This document shows positions 1-10,463 of a stretch of DNA of 64,000 nucleotides, piece by piece. The position numbers were made by a program, and so were the translations under genes. The notes under the pieces are model-generated. The model searched no databases, was not told the origin of the DNA, and saw only the letters and a program-made list of their open reading frames with translations. The stretch lies in the IMG/VR virus record IMGVR_UViG_3300013116_000108, positions 1 to 64,000 of that record, one strand, 5' to 3'. How positions within the stretch are numbered: position 1 is the stretch's first letter; each line of letters opens with the position of its first letter.

Positions 1-42
1 TATCTTTTTTGGTTTTTTAACAGTAATTAACCAGGAGGCATA

Positions 43-3000
43 ATGCTATCAAAGTCAATCAAAGGTATATTAATAAGTTCATTAATATTTCTGCTAACTG
101 CTTGTGGAGGCGGTGGAGGTGGCGGTTCTATAACTTTAAATACTCCAACAAATCCAGATACCCCAATAGACACATCTTTTGGTAATACTGCTACAAGTAG
201 TATTAATGCTATTAATAATGGACTTCAAGTTTTAAATAATTCAACCGGCATGGAACTTAGTGCCATAAGACAAATTAAAGATAAAGATAATCTTAAAACT
301 GTTTTGGATAGTTTTAAAGCAATCGGTACTCTTAAATCCACATGGGACGGATTTGATGCTGAAACTAAAACTGCCTTAAACAGTTTGTTTACTGTTACAT
401 TTACATTTAAAGAAGGCGGTGCTAGTAAAACAGTTAACATGGGTACAGCAATTAATATTGCCCATGGAATGTATACAAGGTATTATGAAGGTCATGAAAC
501 ATTTTGGAATGATGCTGTTAATACAGGTCAGTTTGACGATACTGATTCTAGTTATACTTCTATTAAAAATAATGTTGAAACAGATTGGAACAAGAGTTCA
601 GAAGATTTATTAGATGAGTTTGATAACGGTTCTACAAAAAATGTTGTAGTAAATACAACCGAAACTGTTAGAGTAATAGTTGAAACAAATGCTACAAGAA
701 CATCATCAACAGAAGCAACTGAAACAGAAACAGTAGGTACTGTAACAAATACCTATAAGGTTACAACTACTGTAACAACAACATACAGTTCATACAGAGA
801 CGACACAGTTAACTATACAAGAACTGATGTTGTAACTACTTACACAAATGGTAAAGTTGAAACTACTACAGGTACGACTACCGAAGCAAGTAGAACTCAA
901 GGTACTGTTGTGGAACACGATGTAACTACAAGCGAATCGGTTAGTAGAGAATTAATAGAAACAGTAGATTCAGCAGAAATTAATATTAACACATTTGGAA
1001 ATAATATTATTCAACAAGTAAAAATTGTTGACAATGCTTTATCTATATTAAAGCAAACTGGCAATATGGTTAGTGCTATGGTTAGTATAGAACAAAGCGA
1101 CTATGTATCTGCTTTAGCAGGGTTTAAAGAAATAGCAACACTAAAGGAGACATTTGACGGATTATCAAATGCTGACAAACTTACACTACAAAGTATGACA
1201 GTGACTATTACATACGGAAATGGTTCATCCGAAACTACAAATCTAGTTGATGCTATCGCTATCGCTGATGGTATGTATAATAGATATTATAAAGGACATG
1301 AAACATTCTGGGAGAATGGTGCTACTAATGGACAAGTGGATGATTCAAGTTCTGACTTTACTAGTTTATCAGAAAAAGTAACTGCTGATGCTAGTAAGTC
1401 TAAAGATGATTTGATTGCTACTTATAATGGAACATACGAAGAACCAGAAGAAGAAACTGTAACTCTAGTTTCAACAACAAGTAATGTAGTAAACACTCAA
1501 GAAACTGTTAGGGTAATTATATCAACAAATGCTACAGAAATTATTACATCACAATCAACTAGTACAGAAGTAACAGGCACTATTACTAAAACTTACAGAG
1601 ACACATATGAAGTAACAAGGACATATAGTTCTTATAGAGATGATACTGTAAGTTATACTAGAACTGATATAGTAAAAACATATAGCGACGGTACAACTAC
1701 AACTACTACTGGTACAACTAGTGAGGTTGCTAGAACACAAGGTAATATAGTAGAGCATGGAGTAACTGATAGTGAACCCGTTCGTGTTAATAGAGAATTA
1801 ATATCAACCGTAGATTCAGCAGAAACAGGTACAGTCAACGAAGCACACTTAGGTACTAAGACTACAGGATTGTCAGATGATGCTGACAGTTTCTTAACAG
1901 GAGAAACAAGAGGTTACTGTGGCAACTGGCAAGGATGTACAGTAGACAACTTAACAGTTTGGACTGAAACAGACATTGCTAATGGCACAGGTACAAGTTA
2001 TCAACACATAGACGCCTCAGGTATTAATGATGCTTGGGCAAAAGGTTGGACAGGTAAAGGAGTTAACATAGGTATTATTGATACAGGTGTTAACATTGAC
2101 CACGATGAATTAGATGGACAAATAGGTGGCGTATATAATAACAGTTCAACAGACTGGAATGGACACGGCTCACACGTTGCTGGTACTATTGTTGCTAAAC
2201 ATGATGGACAAGGTACAGTAGGTGTAGCATTTGATTCTAAATTGTTTGTTGTTAGAACTCCTAGTTTAAGTTATTTAGATCACAACTATTGGAATTATTT
2301 TAAAGAAAATGATGTTGACGTAGTTAATTTAAGTATTAACGGTCGTTGGGATCAGAATGTTAGTTTCGATGATAGTTATGTTGTTGGTAGTGATCCTAAT
2401 AATCAAAACAACACTTATCAATCACTATCACTCATTGATGCTGATAAGAACTTATACAAATGGAATAAGACTATATTCAAAAATGGCGGGTATGTAAACT
2501 TAGATCAAGTTATAGCACAAGATGATAACGGCAATCTTGTTTATGGAGGTATGGATTCAATTAATGCTTTAGCAAGTAATATGGCTAACAGTGATATTAT
2601 ACTTGTTAATAGTGCTGGTAATAATCAAAAGATAGCAATGGCTCCAGGTTGGTATGCTACTGCTACAAACGACGATGGTAGTTTAATGCTAGACGGAAGA
2701 TTAATTATTGTTGGATCTTATGATCCTGCTAGTGGAACGAATAATAGTCATTCTGCTAATGCTGGAAGTATTTGTTGGGACGTAGTAAACGATGTATGTC
2801 AAGATGAATATCATGTTAGTGACTTCTTTATTAGAGCACCAGAGAGTATGACATCATTAGACAACTCCGGTTCTAAATATGTAAACATGAATGGTACTAG
2901 TATGGCGGCTCCAGTAGTAACTGGTAGTATTGCTTTACTTAGACAAATGTGGCCACACATGACCGGTTCTAATACAGTACAACTAATTTTACAAACTGCT

Positions 3001-3909
3001 GATTCAAGTTATGATGGATACAATGTAGGACTTGATGGACACGGTAGATTAGATATGGATGCCGCGACACAGCCAATTGGTGCTGTTGGTATTCCAACAG
3101 ATGGTAGAACAGATGGTGCCACTACTAGTACAACTGGCTACACAGCAGGCGGTAATAGTTTACCTAGTTCACTAAGTTCATTGATAGTAGAAACTACAGA
3201 AATGGGATTTAACAGAGATTGGTTAATACCACTTGCTAATGCTCATGTACCAATAGACACAGCATTTCATTCATTTACAAACTATGCTGGTTTAACAGGA
3301 TATGGTAATAGCGACTTTGCTGTACACTTAAAAGAAAATAGTACAGATAGTATTGCTGTAACACTAGATGGAACTACATTTGGTTACATGAAAGAGGATG
3401 GACAATACTTAGGAAGATACTTTAATGGTATGTTTGATATTGGTGAAACACAAACTGCTTTCTTACAAACAGGTAGAGTTTGGGAAACATCAGCAACTAA
3501 CAGACTATCTGCTAATATAAATTTAGGTTATACAACTGTTGACACAGTTAATGGATCACTTATTAATAGTAGTGACGACTTAATGAGTTATGGTTGGAAA
3601 CTACAAAATGATACAGTACTTAACGATAAGTGGAGTATGTCAAGTTATATTAGTCAACCAGTTAATGTATTTTCAGGTAACATGAATATACATGCTCCGA
3701 CTAGTAGAGGTGGAAATGAACTAAGTTCTAACCAAGTAAGTTATACAGATACAGAATGGAGCCAAACTGCTAAAACTGAAACTGATATCGGAATAGGATT
3801 TAACTATACCGAAGGAGACTTTAGTTGGAGCATAAGCACAGTATCAAGGTTTGATACTGCTGTTGGCAATGATCACAATGTTACCGCTTCATTTAAGTGG
3901 GTATTTTAG
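43..3909 (+). CDS. Lipoprotein S8 (subtilisin-like) serine protease with N-terminal tandem repeats and C-terminal autotransporter-like beta-barrel
   Basis: Lipobox LLTAC then a poly-Gly linker; catalytic triad motifs GIIDTG, HGSHVAGT, GTSMAAP; C-terminus of alternating beta strands ending in Phe (VTASFKWVF). Confidence 0.85.
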   Translation: MLSKSIKGILISSLIFLLTACGGGGGGGSITLNTPTNPDTPIDTSFGNTATSSINAINNGLQVLNNSTGMELSAIRQIKDKDNLKTVLDSFKAIGTLKSTWDGFDAETKTALNSLFTVTFTFKEGGASKTVNMGTAINIAHGMYTRYYEGHETFWNDAVNTGQFDDTDSSYTSIKNNVETDWNKSSEDLLDEFDNGSTKNVVVNTTETVRVIVETNATRTSSTEATETETVGTVTNTYKVTTTVTTTYSSYRDDTVNYTRTDVVTTYTNGKVETTTGTTTEASRTQGTVVEHDVTTSESVSRELIETVDSAEININTFGNNIIQQVKIVDNALSILKQTGNMVSAMVSIEQSDYVSALAGFKEIATLKETFDGLSNADKLTLQSMTVTITYGNGSSETTNLVDAIAIADGMYNRYYKGHETFWENGATNGQVDDSSSDFTSLSEKVTADASKSKDDLIATYNGTYEEPEEETVTLVSTTSNVVNTQETVRVIISTNATEIITSQSTSTEVTGTITKTYRDTYEVTRTYSSYRDDTVSYTRTDIVKTYSDGTTTTTTGTTSEVARTQGNIVEHGVTDSEPVRVNRELISTVDSAETGTVNEAHLGTKTTGLSDDADSFLTGETRGYCGNWQGCTVDNLTVWTETDIANGTGTSYQHIDASGINDAWAKGWTGKGVNIGIIDTGVNIDHDELDGQIGGVYNNSSTDWNGHGSHVAGTIVAKHDGQGTVGVAFDSKLFVVRTPSLSYLDHNYWNYFKENDVDVVNLSINGRWDQNVSFDDSYVVGSDPNNQNNTYQSLSLIDADKNLYKWNKTIFKNGGYVNLDQVIAQDDNGNLVYGGMDSINALASNMANSDIILVNSAGNNQKIAMAPGWYATATNDDGSLMLDGRLIIVGSYDPASGTNNSHSANAGSICWDVVNDVCQDEYHVSDFFIRAPESMTSLDNSGSKYVNMNGTSMAAPVVTGSIALLRQMWPHMTGSNTVQLILQTADSSYDGYNVGLDGHGRLDMDAATQPIGAVGIPTDGRTDGATTSTTGYTAGGNSLPSSLSSLIVETTEMGFNRDWLIPLANAHVPIDTAFHSFTNYAGLTGYGNSDFAVHLKENSTDSIAVTLDGTTFGYMKEDGQYLGRYFNGMFDIGETQTAFLQTGRVWETSATNRLSANINLGYTTVDTVNGSLINSSDDLMSYGWKLQNDTVLNDKWSMSSYISQPVNVFSGNMNIHAPTSRGGNELSSNQVSYTDTEWSQTAKTETDIGIGFNYTEGDFSWSISTVSRFDTAVGNDHNVTASFKWVF
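175..1824 (+). repeat. Two diverged tandem copies (~270-280 aa each) inside the S8 protein
   Basis: Both copies contain GMY.RYY.GHETFW, VVNT.ETVRVI..TNAT, TYSSYRDDTV.YTRTD and end in REL..TVDSAE; approx 175-978 and 991-1824. Confidence 0.9.
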
Positions 3910-3920
3910 GAGAAGAAATA

Positions 3921-4634
3921 ATGGCAAAAAGATTGTTTAGGGTAGACATGGGAATTAACGGAGGCGAATTAATTATTGGCAAAGTTAATGACGAATTTGT
4001 TAGACACTTTGTTGACAAAGACGAAGGGGATTTAATTGATGCTTTACATACAGCAGAGCATGATCCAGAAGAATATGATGGTCCTGAAATATGTGATAAC
4101 TTTTGTGCCTGGAACGAATGTGACGATATTGAACATCTCAATAATTCATATGGAGATACAGAATGGTCGTGGGTAGAGTTGCCTGCAGGTACTAAACCAG
4201 GCACCAGAGACTCAATGGAAAATGAATACGAAGGCGAGAGTTTTGAACCTTTACATTTATTTGATAGAGAAGCATACCATGAAGATAACGATAGTGCCAA
4301 AGATGAACATAATGTTGTTCCTGTACTAGTATATCATACAGGTGAAAAAGGTGGCATGGGTTGTTGGTTTGTTGAAACCGATGGCGAAGACTTTGACCCT
4401 AACAAGTTTTGTTATTCAACAGTAGCAACTAATGTTAGTGAAATTATAGAACAAGCATGGTATGATAAAGAAGAATTAGATCATAACATGGACTGGGCAG
4501 ATACAAGGAGTAAAGGCGATTGGGCACGAGTAGGCTGGATGAACATGGACTGGCATGACACCCGAGAACAACGATTAAATGATGAATACCTTTGGGAAAC
4601 CTATGATGAAATACAAGAAGAAGGAGAGGGCTAA
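3921..4634 (+). CDS. Acidic hypothetical protein
   Basis: Start moved to ATG 3921 after AGGAG; D/E-rich ORF. Confidence 0.75.
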   Translation: MAKRLFRVDMGINGGELIIGKVNDEFVRHFVDKDEGDLIDALHTAEHDPEEYDGPEICDNFCAWNECDDIEHLNNSYGDTEWSWVELPAGTKPGTRDSMENEYEGESFEPLHLFDREAYHEDNDSAKDEHNVVPVLVYHTGEKGGMGCWFVETDGEDFDPNKFCYSTVATNVSEIIEQAWYDKEELDHNMDWADTRSKGDWARVGWMNMDWHDTREQRLNDEYLWETYDEIQEEGEG

Positions 4635-4828
4635 TGGATTGGTACACAACATGGTGGTTACTTGCCGCATATACAATTGGTACAGTATTAGGATATAAAA
4701 TGGCAACTAGACGAAACTATATTATTATTTCTGAAACTATAGATGGTTTAAGAAGAGGTGGGTTTCTAAAAGTTAAAGAAACAGGTAATGACAATTATGA
4801 AATATTAAAGGTAAAACAAAATGATTAA
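4634..4828 (+). CDS. Small membrane-anchored hypothetical protein
   Basis: N-terminal hydrophobic helix; start overlaps upstream stop (TAATG). Confidence 0.65.
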   Translation: MDWYTTWWLLAAYTIGTVLGYKMATRRNYIIISETIDGLRRGGFLKVKETGNDNYEILKVKQND

Positions 4829-5300
4829 GAAGAAAATTTATAGTTGGCATGACGTTGAAAAAATGTGTTCACAATTACTTGTACAACTTTACAACAGTGA
4901 ATGGAGACCTGATTACATTGTAGGTATTACACGTGGCGGGAATGTACCTGCTACAATTTTAAGTAACATGACAGGTATTAGATGTGAGGCTGTTAAGGTT
5001 GCTTTACGAGATGGCGAGTCTGGTAAAACTGGAGACAGTATTGCTTGGATGGCCGAAGATGCTAAAATGGGCAAAAATATTTTAGTAGTAGATGACATTA
5101 ACGATACTGGTGCTACTTTTAAATGGTTATCAGAAGACTGGGGTCTTAATGGTGGGGACAATGTTCGTTTTGCTACATTAACAGAAAACTTATCAAGTGA
5201 TTTCGATGGAGTCGATTATTACTGTGATGAAGTTAACAAAGCCGAAGAAGATGTTTGGCTTGTTTATCCTTGGGAAAATGTAGGTGAATATAATGGATAA
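4821..5300 (+). CDS. Type I phosphoribosyltransferase (xanthine/guanine PRT-like)
   Basis: IVGITRGG, PRPP-binding loop ILVVDDINDTGAT, terminal WLVYPWE. Confidence 0.85.
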   Translation: MIKKKIYSWHDVEKMCSQLLVQLYNSEWRPDYIVGITRGGNVPATILSNMTGIRCEAVKVALRDGESGKTGDSIAWMAEDAKMGKNILVVDDINDTGATFKWLSEDWGLNGGDNVRFATLTENLSSDFDGVDYYCDEVNKAEEDVWLVYPWENVGEYNG

Positions 5301-5559
5301 AGAATACAAAAAATACACTTGTAAGTATAAAGCCGAATGGCCAGTTGATAAATTTGGTAGGATTGGTGGTATGTATAGTACGGCTGATTTACCTGTTCAA
5401 GGTTATGTAGAATTGGAAAGAACGGGCACTTTAGTATCCCAAGATTCCAAACGTGAAATGTACGAAGTACAAGATGGCGAAAGAATGTTTGTAAAGAGGG
5501 TGGTTCCTTTTACAAAAGTCACAGATATAGAGGAAGTCGTTAATGAATCAGATAAATAA
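5293..5559 (+). CDS. Hypothetical protein
   Basis: Operon-packed ORF; ATG 5293 preferred. Confidence 0.6.
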   Translation: MDKEYKKYTCKYKAEWPVDKFGRIGGMYSTADLPVQGYVELERTGTLVSQDSKREMYEVQDGERMFVKRVVPFTKVTDIEEVVNESDK

Positions 5560-5560
5560 G

Positions 5561-5590
5561 TTGACAATCCCATATACTTTATGTTATAAT
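5561..5590 (+). promoter_or_regulatory. Sigma70-type promoter upstream of queD-clpP
   Basis: TTGACA-N18-TATAAT with extended -10 (TGn). Confidence 0.75.
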
Positions 5591-5673
5591 TATAACATGA
5601 TAAACGAGGTCTACAAGGGATCAACCCTCACAAAATATTCTGCCCCCTCTATTAACAATCGGAGGATAAAATA

Positions 5674-6159
5674 ATGGCTAATGCCAAACAAAAAAAATAT
5701 GTTTCAACAAAAACGTACAGACAAGGATTTCCAGTTGCTTACAGACAATGGAGAGCCGACAGTCATTGTAATATAATTCATGGATATGCTTTGAGTTTCC
5801 ATTTTGAGTTTGAGTCAGATGACTTAGATGTAAGAAATTGGGTTATGGACTTTGGCGGTTTAAAACCACTAAAACAATTATTAGAAGATTGGTTTGATCA
5901 TACACTATTGTTAGCACTTGATGATCCAAACTATGATGATTTTAAGAAACTAGGCGAACTAGGACTAGCAAAGATTACAGAAGTTGAAAAAACAGGCTGT
6001 GAAGGTATTGCTGATTTCTTGTATGAATATATCAATACTATTTTCTTAAAAGATTATGGTGAAGCAGATAGAATATGGTGTTCTAGAGTAGAAGTAAGAG
6101 AAACAGATTCTAATATGTCCTACAGACAAGGACATAGAGAAGATGGCGATTTTGAATAA
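5674..6159 (+). CDS. queD: 6-carboxy-5,6,7,8-tetrahydropterin synthase (QueD/PTPS family)
   Basis: [29 protein letters not shown] motifs of the T-fold QueD family. Confidence 0.85.
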   Translation: MANAKQKKYVSTKTYRQGFPVAYRQWRADSHCNIIHGYALSFHFEFESDDLDVRNWVMDFGGLKPLKQLLEDWFDHTLLLALDDPNYDDFKKLGELGLAKITEVEKTGCEGIADFLYEYINTIFLKDYGEADRIWCSRVEVRETDSNMSYRQGHREDGDFE

Positions 6160-6175
6160 TAATAAAGGAGATAAC

Positions 6176-6763
6176 ATGGCATTAATACCAATTGTAGTAG
6201 AACAAACATCAAAAGGCGAACGTAGTTACGACATTTATAGTAGACTATTAAAAGACCGTATTGTAATGTTAAGCGGTGTAGTTGAAGAAAATATGTCAAA
6301 TGCCATTGTTGCTCAATTACTATTTTTAGAAAGTCAAGATCCTGAAAAAGATATTACACTATATATTAACTCACCTGGTGGTTCAGTAACTGCTGGAATG
6401 AGTATGCTTGATACAATGAACTTTATTAAACCTGATATCTCAACTGTAGTTATGGGCCAGGCTTGTTCGATGGGTTCATTGTTAGCAAGTTCAGGTACTA
6501 AAGGTAAACGTTTTATGTTACCTAATGCTAGACACATGATACATCAACCCTTAGGTGGATTTAGTGGACAAGCAACTGACGTAGAAATTAGAGCAAACGA
6601 GTTGTTACGTTGGAAGAAAGTATTAACTGAAGTGTATGTTACTAACACAGGCAAAGACTTTGATACATTAAGTAAAGACATGGATCGTGATAACTTTATG
6701 ACAAGTGAAGAAGCGGTTGCTTACGGACTTGCTGATAAAATTATTGCCGAAAGAGAAAAGTAA
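6176..6763 (+). CDS. clpP: ATP-dependent Clp protease proteolytic subunit
   Basis: [33 protein letters not shown], catalytic Ser in QACSMG, His in MIHQP, Asp in RDNFM. Confidence 0.97.
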   Translation: MALIPIVVEQTSKGERSYDIYSRLLKDRIVMLSGVVEENMSNAIVAQLLFLESQDPEKDITLYINSPGGSVTAGMSMLDTMNFIKPDISTVVMGQACSMGSLLASSGTKGKRFMLPNARHMIHQPLGGFSGQATDVEIRANELLRWKKVLTEVYVTNTGKDFDTLSKDMDRDNFMTSEEAVAYGLADKIIAEREK

Positions 6764-6800
6764 ATTAATGATGTCACTTAAATATAGTAGTGAACCAGTA

Positions 6801-7703
6801 ATGAAAAAAGAAGAGAAAAAGTTTTATTACTCTGAAATATTTCATTCTATCCAAGGAGAAGGTCATTATACAGGTGTTCCTACTGCTTGGATACGGTTCT
6901 TTTTATGTAACTTACAATGTAGTGGATTTGGACAAGTAGATCCAACTAACCCAGATACATATGAACTTCCATTTGAAGATTTTGATGTATCAAGTGTAAG
7001 TCGTGTTGAAGACTTGCCAGTATGGGAGAAAGGTTGTGATAGTTCTTATACATGGGCTAAGAAATTTAAAAGTTTAATGGGCTATGAAACACCTACTACA
7101 CTAGCAAATAAAATTGTAGATGTTTTAAAAAATGAAAGTAATCCACAAGGCTTGTTTTTACATCCGGTAAGTAAACAACATCAACACTTATGTTTTACAG
7201 GTGGTGAACCGTTGATGTTAACAGGACAAATGGCTACAATGGGAATTTACAATGAACTTAAAAGACAAAACAATTTACCAAGTTCAATGACATTTGAAAC
7301 AAATGGAACACAACCATTAAAGCCTGAATTTATAGAATGGGCAAACACTATACCTGAAGAAGTATTCTTTTCGTGTAGTCCTAAATTGTTTACAGTATCA
7401 GGCGAGAAACCAGAAAAGGCTATTAGACCAGAAATTGTAGGCAAGTATATGTCAGCATCTATTAAAGGACAACTAAAATTTGTAGTTGGAGATAAAGACA
7501 GAGAGTGGGATGAAATGGAATCAGCAATACAGAAATTTAGAGATGCTGGTGTTGATTGGCCTGTATGGGTTATGCCCACAGGAGCAAGAGAAGAAGAACA
7601 AACTGCTGGTGCCGGTAAGGTGGCAGAAAAGGCATTTAAACGAGGATATAATGTAGCGGCAAGAGTACACGTTTATTTGTTTGGAAATGCTATAGGAACA
7701 TAA
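6801..7703 (+). CDS. queE: 7-carboxy-7-deazaguanine synthase (QueE-like radical SAM)
   Basis: YSEIFHSIQGEG..G.P..WIRF, CNLQC...GCDS, FTGGEP, FETNGT, SCSPK, RVHVYLFGN; start uncertain (6768 or 6801). Confidence 0.85.
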   Translation: MKKEEKKFYYSEIFHSIQGEGHYTGVPTAWIRFFLCNLQCSGFGQVDPTNPDTYELPFEDFDVSSVSRVEDLPVWEKGCDSSYTWAKKFKSLMGYETPTTLANKIVDVLKNESNPQGLFLHPVSKQHQHLCFTGGEPLMLTGQMATMGIYNELKRQNNLPSSMTFETNGTQPLKPEFIEWANTIPEEVFFSCSPKLFTVSGEKPEKAIRPEIVGKYMSASIKGQLKFVVGDKDREWDEMESAIQKFRDAGVDWPVWVMPTGAREEEQTAGAGKVAEKAFKRGYNVAARVHVYLFGNAIGT

Positions 7704-8009
7704 ATGACTCTAAGAGATATTTGGTATACTGCTGAACAAATTGCTTTAAAATTTACACTAAAGCCTCAAGTACAGAAGTTTGGGGAAGTAACAATTAAAA
7801 TAGCACATACTATTGTTTTACTTGTTTTATGTATATGTGTTTTTATATATCTTGGTTTTACAGCATTATTTAAAATGCTACAAGATAAGTTTAAAACAAA
7901 TGAAATTGAAGATCAGGTTACTGAAATTTCCGAAGATGATTATAAACCTAAAAAAGCAGAATTAGATGAACCTGAATTTGTTAAAAGACTAAGAAAGAAT
8001 GGTATATAG
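7704..8009 (+). CDS. Hypothetical membrane protein
   Basis: Single hydrophobic segment. Confidence 0.6.
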   Translation: MTLRDIWYTAEQIALKFTLKPQVQKFGEVTIKIAHTIVLLVLCICVFIYLGFTALFKMLQDKFKTNEIEDQVTEISEDDYKPKKAELDEPEFVKRLRKNGI

Positions 8010-8017
8010 GAGAATAT

Positions 8018-8380
8018 ATGGAAAATCCATTTAAAAATTTGTTTAGCAAAAAGGCTAAAACAAAAGAAGAGCATAAAACTGAAAAAGATATTGCTACAGA
8101 TAAGCAACAACCTTATGTAAATGTAATAGGATTAAGTTTAGATGATCCTAAGAAACCAGACCAAGGTGCTTTTGAACTTGATTGGAATATTTACTTTGTT
8201 AATCAATTGAGGAAAGAAGGGTACCAAGGTATTAAAGATGAAGATGTTGTTGACCAATGGTTCCAAAAAGTTTGTAGGAATGTAGCATTAGAAACTTGGG
8301 AAAATTACGACGCTGATCCTGAAAACAGAACTACTGTTAATAAGGTAAGGCGAGACGATGGTAAAACTGAGGTTAGTTAA
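8018..8380 (+). CDS. Hypothetical phage protein
   Basis: AGGAG RBS; GAFELDWN motif. Confidence 0.7.
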   Translation: MENPFKNLFSKKAKTKEEHKTEKDIATDKQQPYVNVIGLSLDDPKKPDQGAFELDWNIYFVNQLRKEGYQGIKDEDVVDQWFQKVCRNVALETWENYDADPENRTTVNKVRRDDGKTEVS

Positions 8381-8382
8381 AA

Positions 8383-9411
8383 ATGCATTTTCTAAGTTTT
8401 GGTGACGGCCATGCTGGCGGAGTTTGTAGTTTTACAGACTATTTAAAAGCAAATGATGACGGAGCATGGGTTGGTTTAGAACGTTATCCACACCCTGTGG
8501 ATTCGCAATACAGTTGGACGTCTAGGCTAGCAGAAGTATATTCAGCAAGAAATAAAAGTTTTTGTAGACATAATGCTTGTATAGAATCAATACTACAAGA
8601 AGTAAGTCAAACTTTAAGTATATATGACTTTGATGATTGTTATTATTTTATAGGGCTACCTAGTTGGAAGAGGAAACTGTTTCCTCTTTACGGTGACTGG
8701 GGTAGTGCTAAAGATCACCTCTGGAGTTCTTCTTTACATTCTTTTGGCGTTGACTGTAAAATGGACGGTACGGATTTTGACAGAGAATACGGTAAGCAAC
8801 TTATAATTGAAATGCTTAGAACAAACGGAGTCCGACCAAAAGATACTACATTTAAATCATGGTATGATGAACGGTTTGCTTCTCTTTTAACTCAAAATGA
8901 TTTAAACTTAGGTGAGGAATATGATCCTATGGTTTCATATCATCCAGATGACGATCGTTTTACTAAGATTATAGACATTTGGTTAGATACTTGCGAACAA
9001 GAGTATTTAAAAGAATGTGAAAGAATAGAAAACATAGAAGAAGATGATACTATGTCAAAGAATATTCATTTTATTTTTGATTTAATAGACTTTTTAAAAA
9101 CTGCTAAAGAAACCAAACATAAATTTTATTTTTACTTCACGGAACATACATGGCCATTACCAAATGACGATGATATAATTAAAACATCAACTAAGATCTG
9201 GGGTGATCCAAAGCCAAAAGAATTAGAGGAAGTTATAGTTAAACTAAATTATCCAAATATCCATTGGCTTTGGAATGTTTGTATGACACGGTTTTTTAAC
9301 GAAGATTTAGATAATGCTAGGCCAAAAACAAAGGGCTACTTTAAGCATGAAGACCATTATCAATTTTCAAGACATATGAGAAAACATTTAATCGACAATA
9401 GTTTAATTTAA
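8383..9411 (+). CDS. Hypothetical protein, possibly SGNH-hydrolase-like N-terminus
   Basis: LSFGDGH resembles GDSL/SGNH block I but lacks the Ser. Confidence 0.5.
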   Translation: MHFLSFGDGHAGGVCSFTDYLKANDDGAWVGLERYPHPVDSQYSWTSRLAEVYSARNKSFCRHNACIESILQEVSQTLSIYDFDDCYYFIGLPSWKRKLFPLYGDWGSAKDHLWSSSLHSFGVDCKMDGTDFDREYGKQLIIEMLRTNGVRPKDTTFKSWYDERFASLLTQNDLNLGEEYDPMVSYHPDDDRFTKIIDIWLDTCEQEYLKECERIENIEEDDTMSKNIHFIFDLIDFLKTAKETKHKFYFYFTEHTWPLPNDDDIIKTSTKIWGDPKPKELEEVIVKLNYPNIHWLWNVCMTRFFNEDLDNARPKTKGYFKHEDHYQFSRHMRKHLIDNSLI

Positions 9412-9414
9412 GTC

Positions 9415-9443
9415 TTGACAAGTCGGCCTGAATAGTATATAAT
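9415..9443 (+). promoter_or_regulatory. Sigma70-type promoter for RNase H operon
   Basis: Perfect TTGACA-N17-TATAAT. Confidence 0.85.
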
Positions 9444-9471
9444 ATTATTATATAGGCAATAAGAGGATCAT

Positions 9472-10458
9472 ATGAAATACCTAATAGTAGACACAGCAAA
9501 CACATTTTTTAGAGCAAGACATATCGCCTTTCGTGGTGCTTCACTTGACGAGAAAGTTGGACTAAGCATTCACATTACAATGAATAGTGTTAACAAAGTA
9601 TTCCGAAAGTTTCAAGCAGATCATGTAGTATTTTGCTTAGAAGGACGTAGTTGGCGTAAAGACTTTTACGAACCTTATAAAAAGAATAGACAAGTTGCTA
9701 GGTTGGCCCAAACAGATCAAGAAGCAGAAGAAGATAAAGTGTTTTGGGAAACATATGATGACCTCACATCATTCTTACGTGATAAAAGTAATTGTACTGT
9801 TCTTCGAAATGAAATAGCAGAAGCAGATGATCTTATTGCTAGATTTATTGCTAAACATCCAAATGATGAACATTTCATTATTAGTAGCGACACAGACTTT
9901 ATACAACTAATATCACCTACAGTTAAACAGTACAACGGTATTACAGATGAGTTACATACTACAGAAGGTATATTTAACGACAAAGGTAATAGGGTTCTTG
10001 ACAAGAAGACCAAAGAGCCCAAAGCAATACCAGATCCTAAATGGTTACTATTTGAGAAATGTATGAGAGGTGATACCAGCGATAACGTGTTTAGTGCTTT
10101 TCCTGGTGTTCGTAAAAAAGGTACAAAGAATAAAGTAGGACTATTAGAAGCCTTTGAGGACAAAGATCGTAAAGGTTTTAATTGGAACAACTTAATGCTA
10201 CAACGTTGGGTAGATCACAACGAAGTAGAACACAGGGTGTTAGATGATTATCAACGTAATGTTACATTGATTGATTTGACAGAACAACCTGAAGAAATAA
10301 AAAGTTTTATAGATGAAACTATTGATTCTATAGAACCTAAGAACTTTCCTATGGTAGGGGCAAGGTTCTTAAAATTTTGTGGAAAATATGACTTACAAAA
10401 AATTAGTGAGCAAATAGATAGTTATGCTCACTTCTTACAACTAGGATATAAGGAGTAA
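9472..10458 (+). CDS. rnh: T4-type RNase H / 5'-3' exonuclease
   Basis: LIVD..N.FFRA, EADD, SSDTDFIQL, MRGDTSDNV motifs of the PIN/FEN fold. Confidence 0.9.
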   Translation: MKYLIVDTANTFFRARHIAFRGASLDEKVGLSIHITMNSVNKVFRKFQADHVVFCLEGRSWRKDFYEPYKKNRQVARLAQTDQEAEEDKVFWETYDDLTSFLRDKSNCTVLRNEIAEADDLIARFIAKHPNDEHFIISSDTDFIQLISPTVKQYNGITDELHTTEGIFNDKGNRVLDKKTKEPKAIPDPKWLLFEKCMRGDTSDNVFSAFPGVRKKGTKNKVGLLEAFEDKDRKGFNWNNLMLQRWVDHNEVEHRVLDDYQRNVTLIDLTEQPEEIKSFIDETIDSIEPKNFPMVGARFLKFCGKYDLQKISEQIDSYAHFLQLGYKE

Positions 10459-10463
10459 TATCA

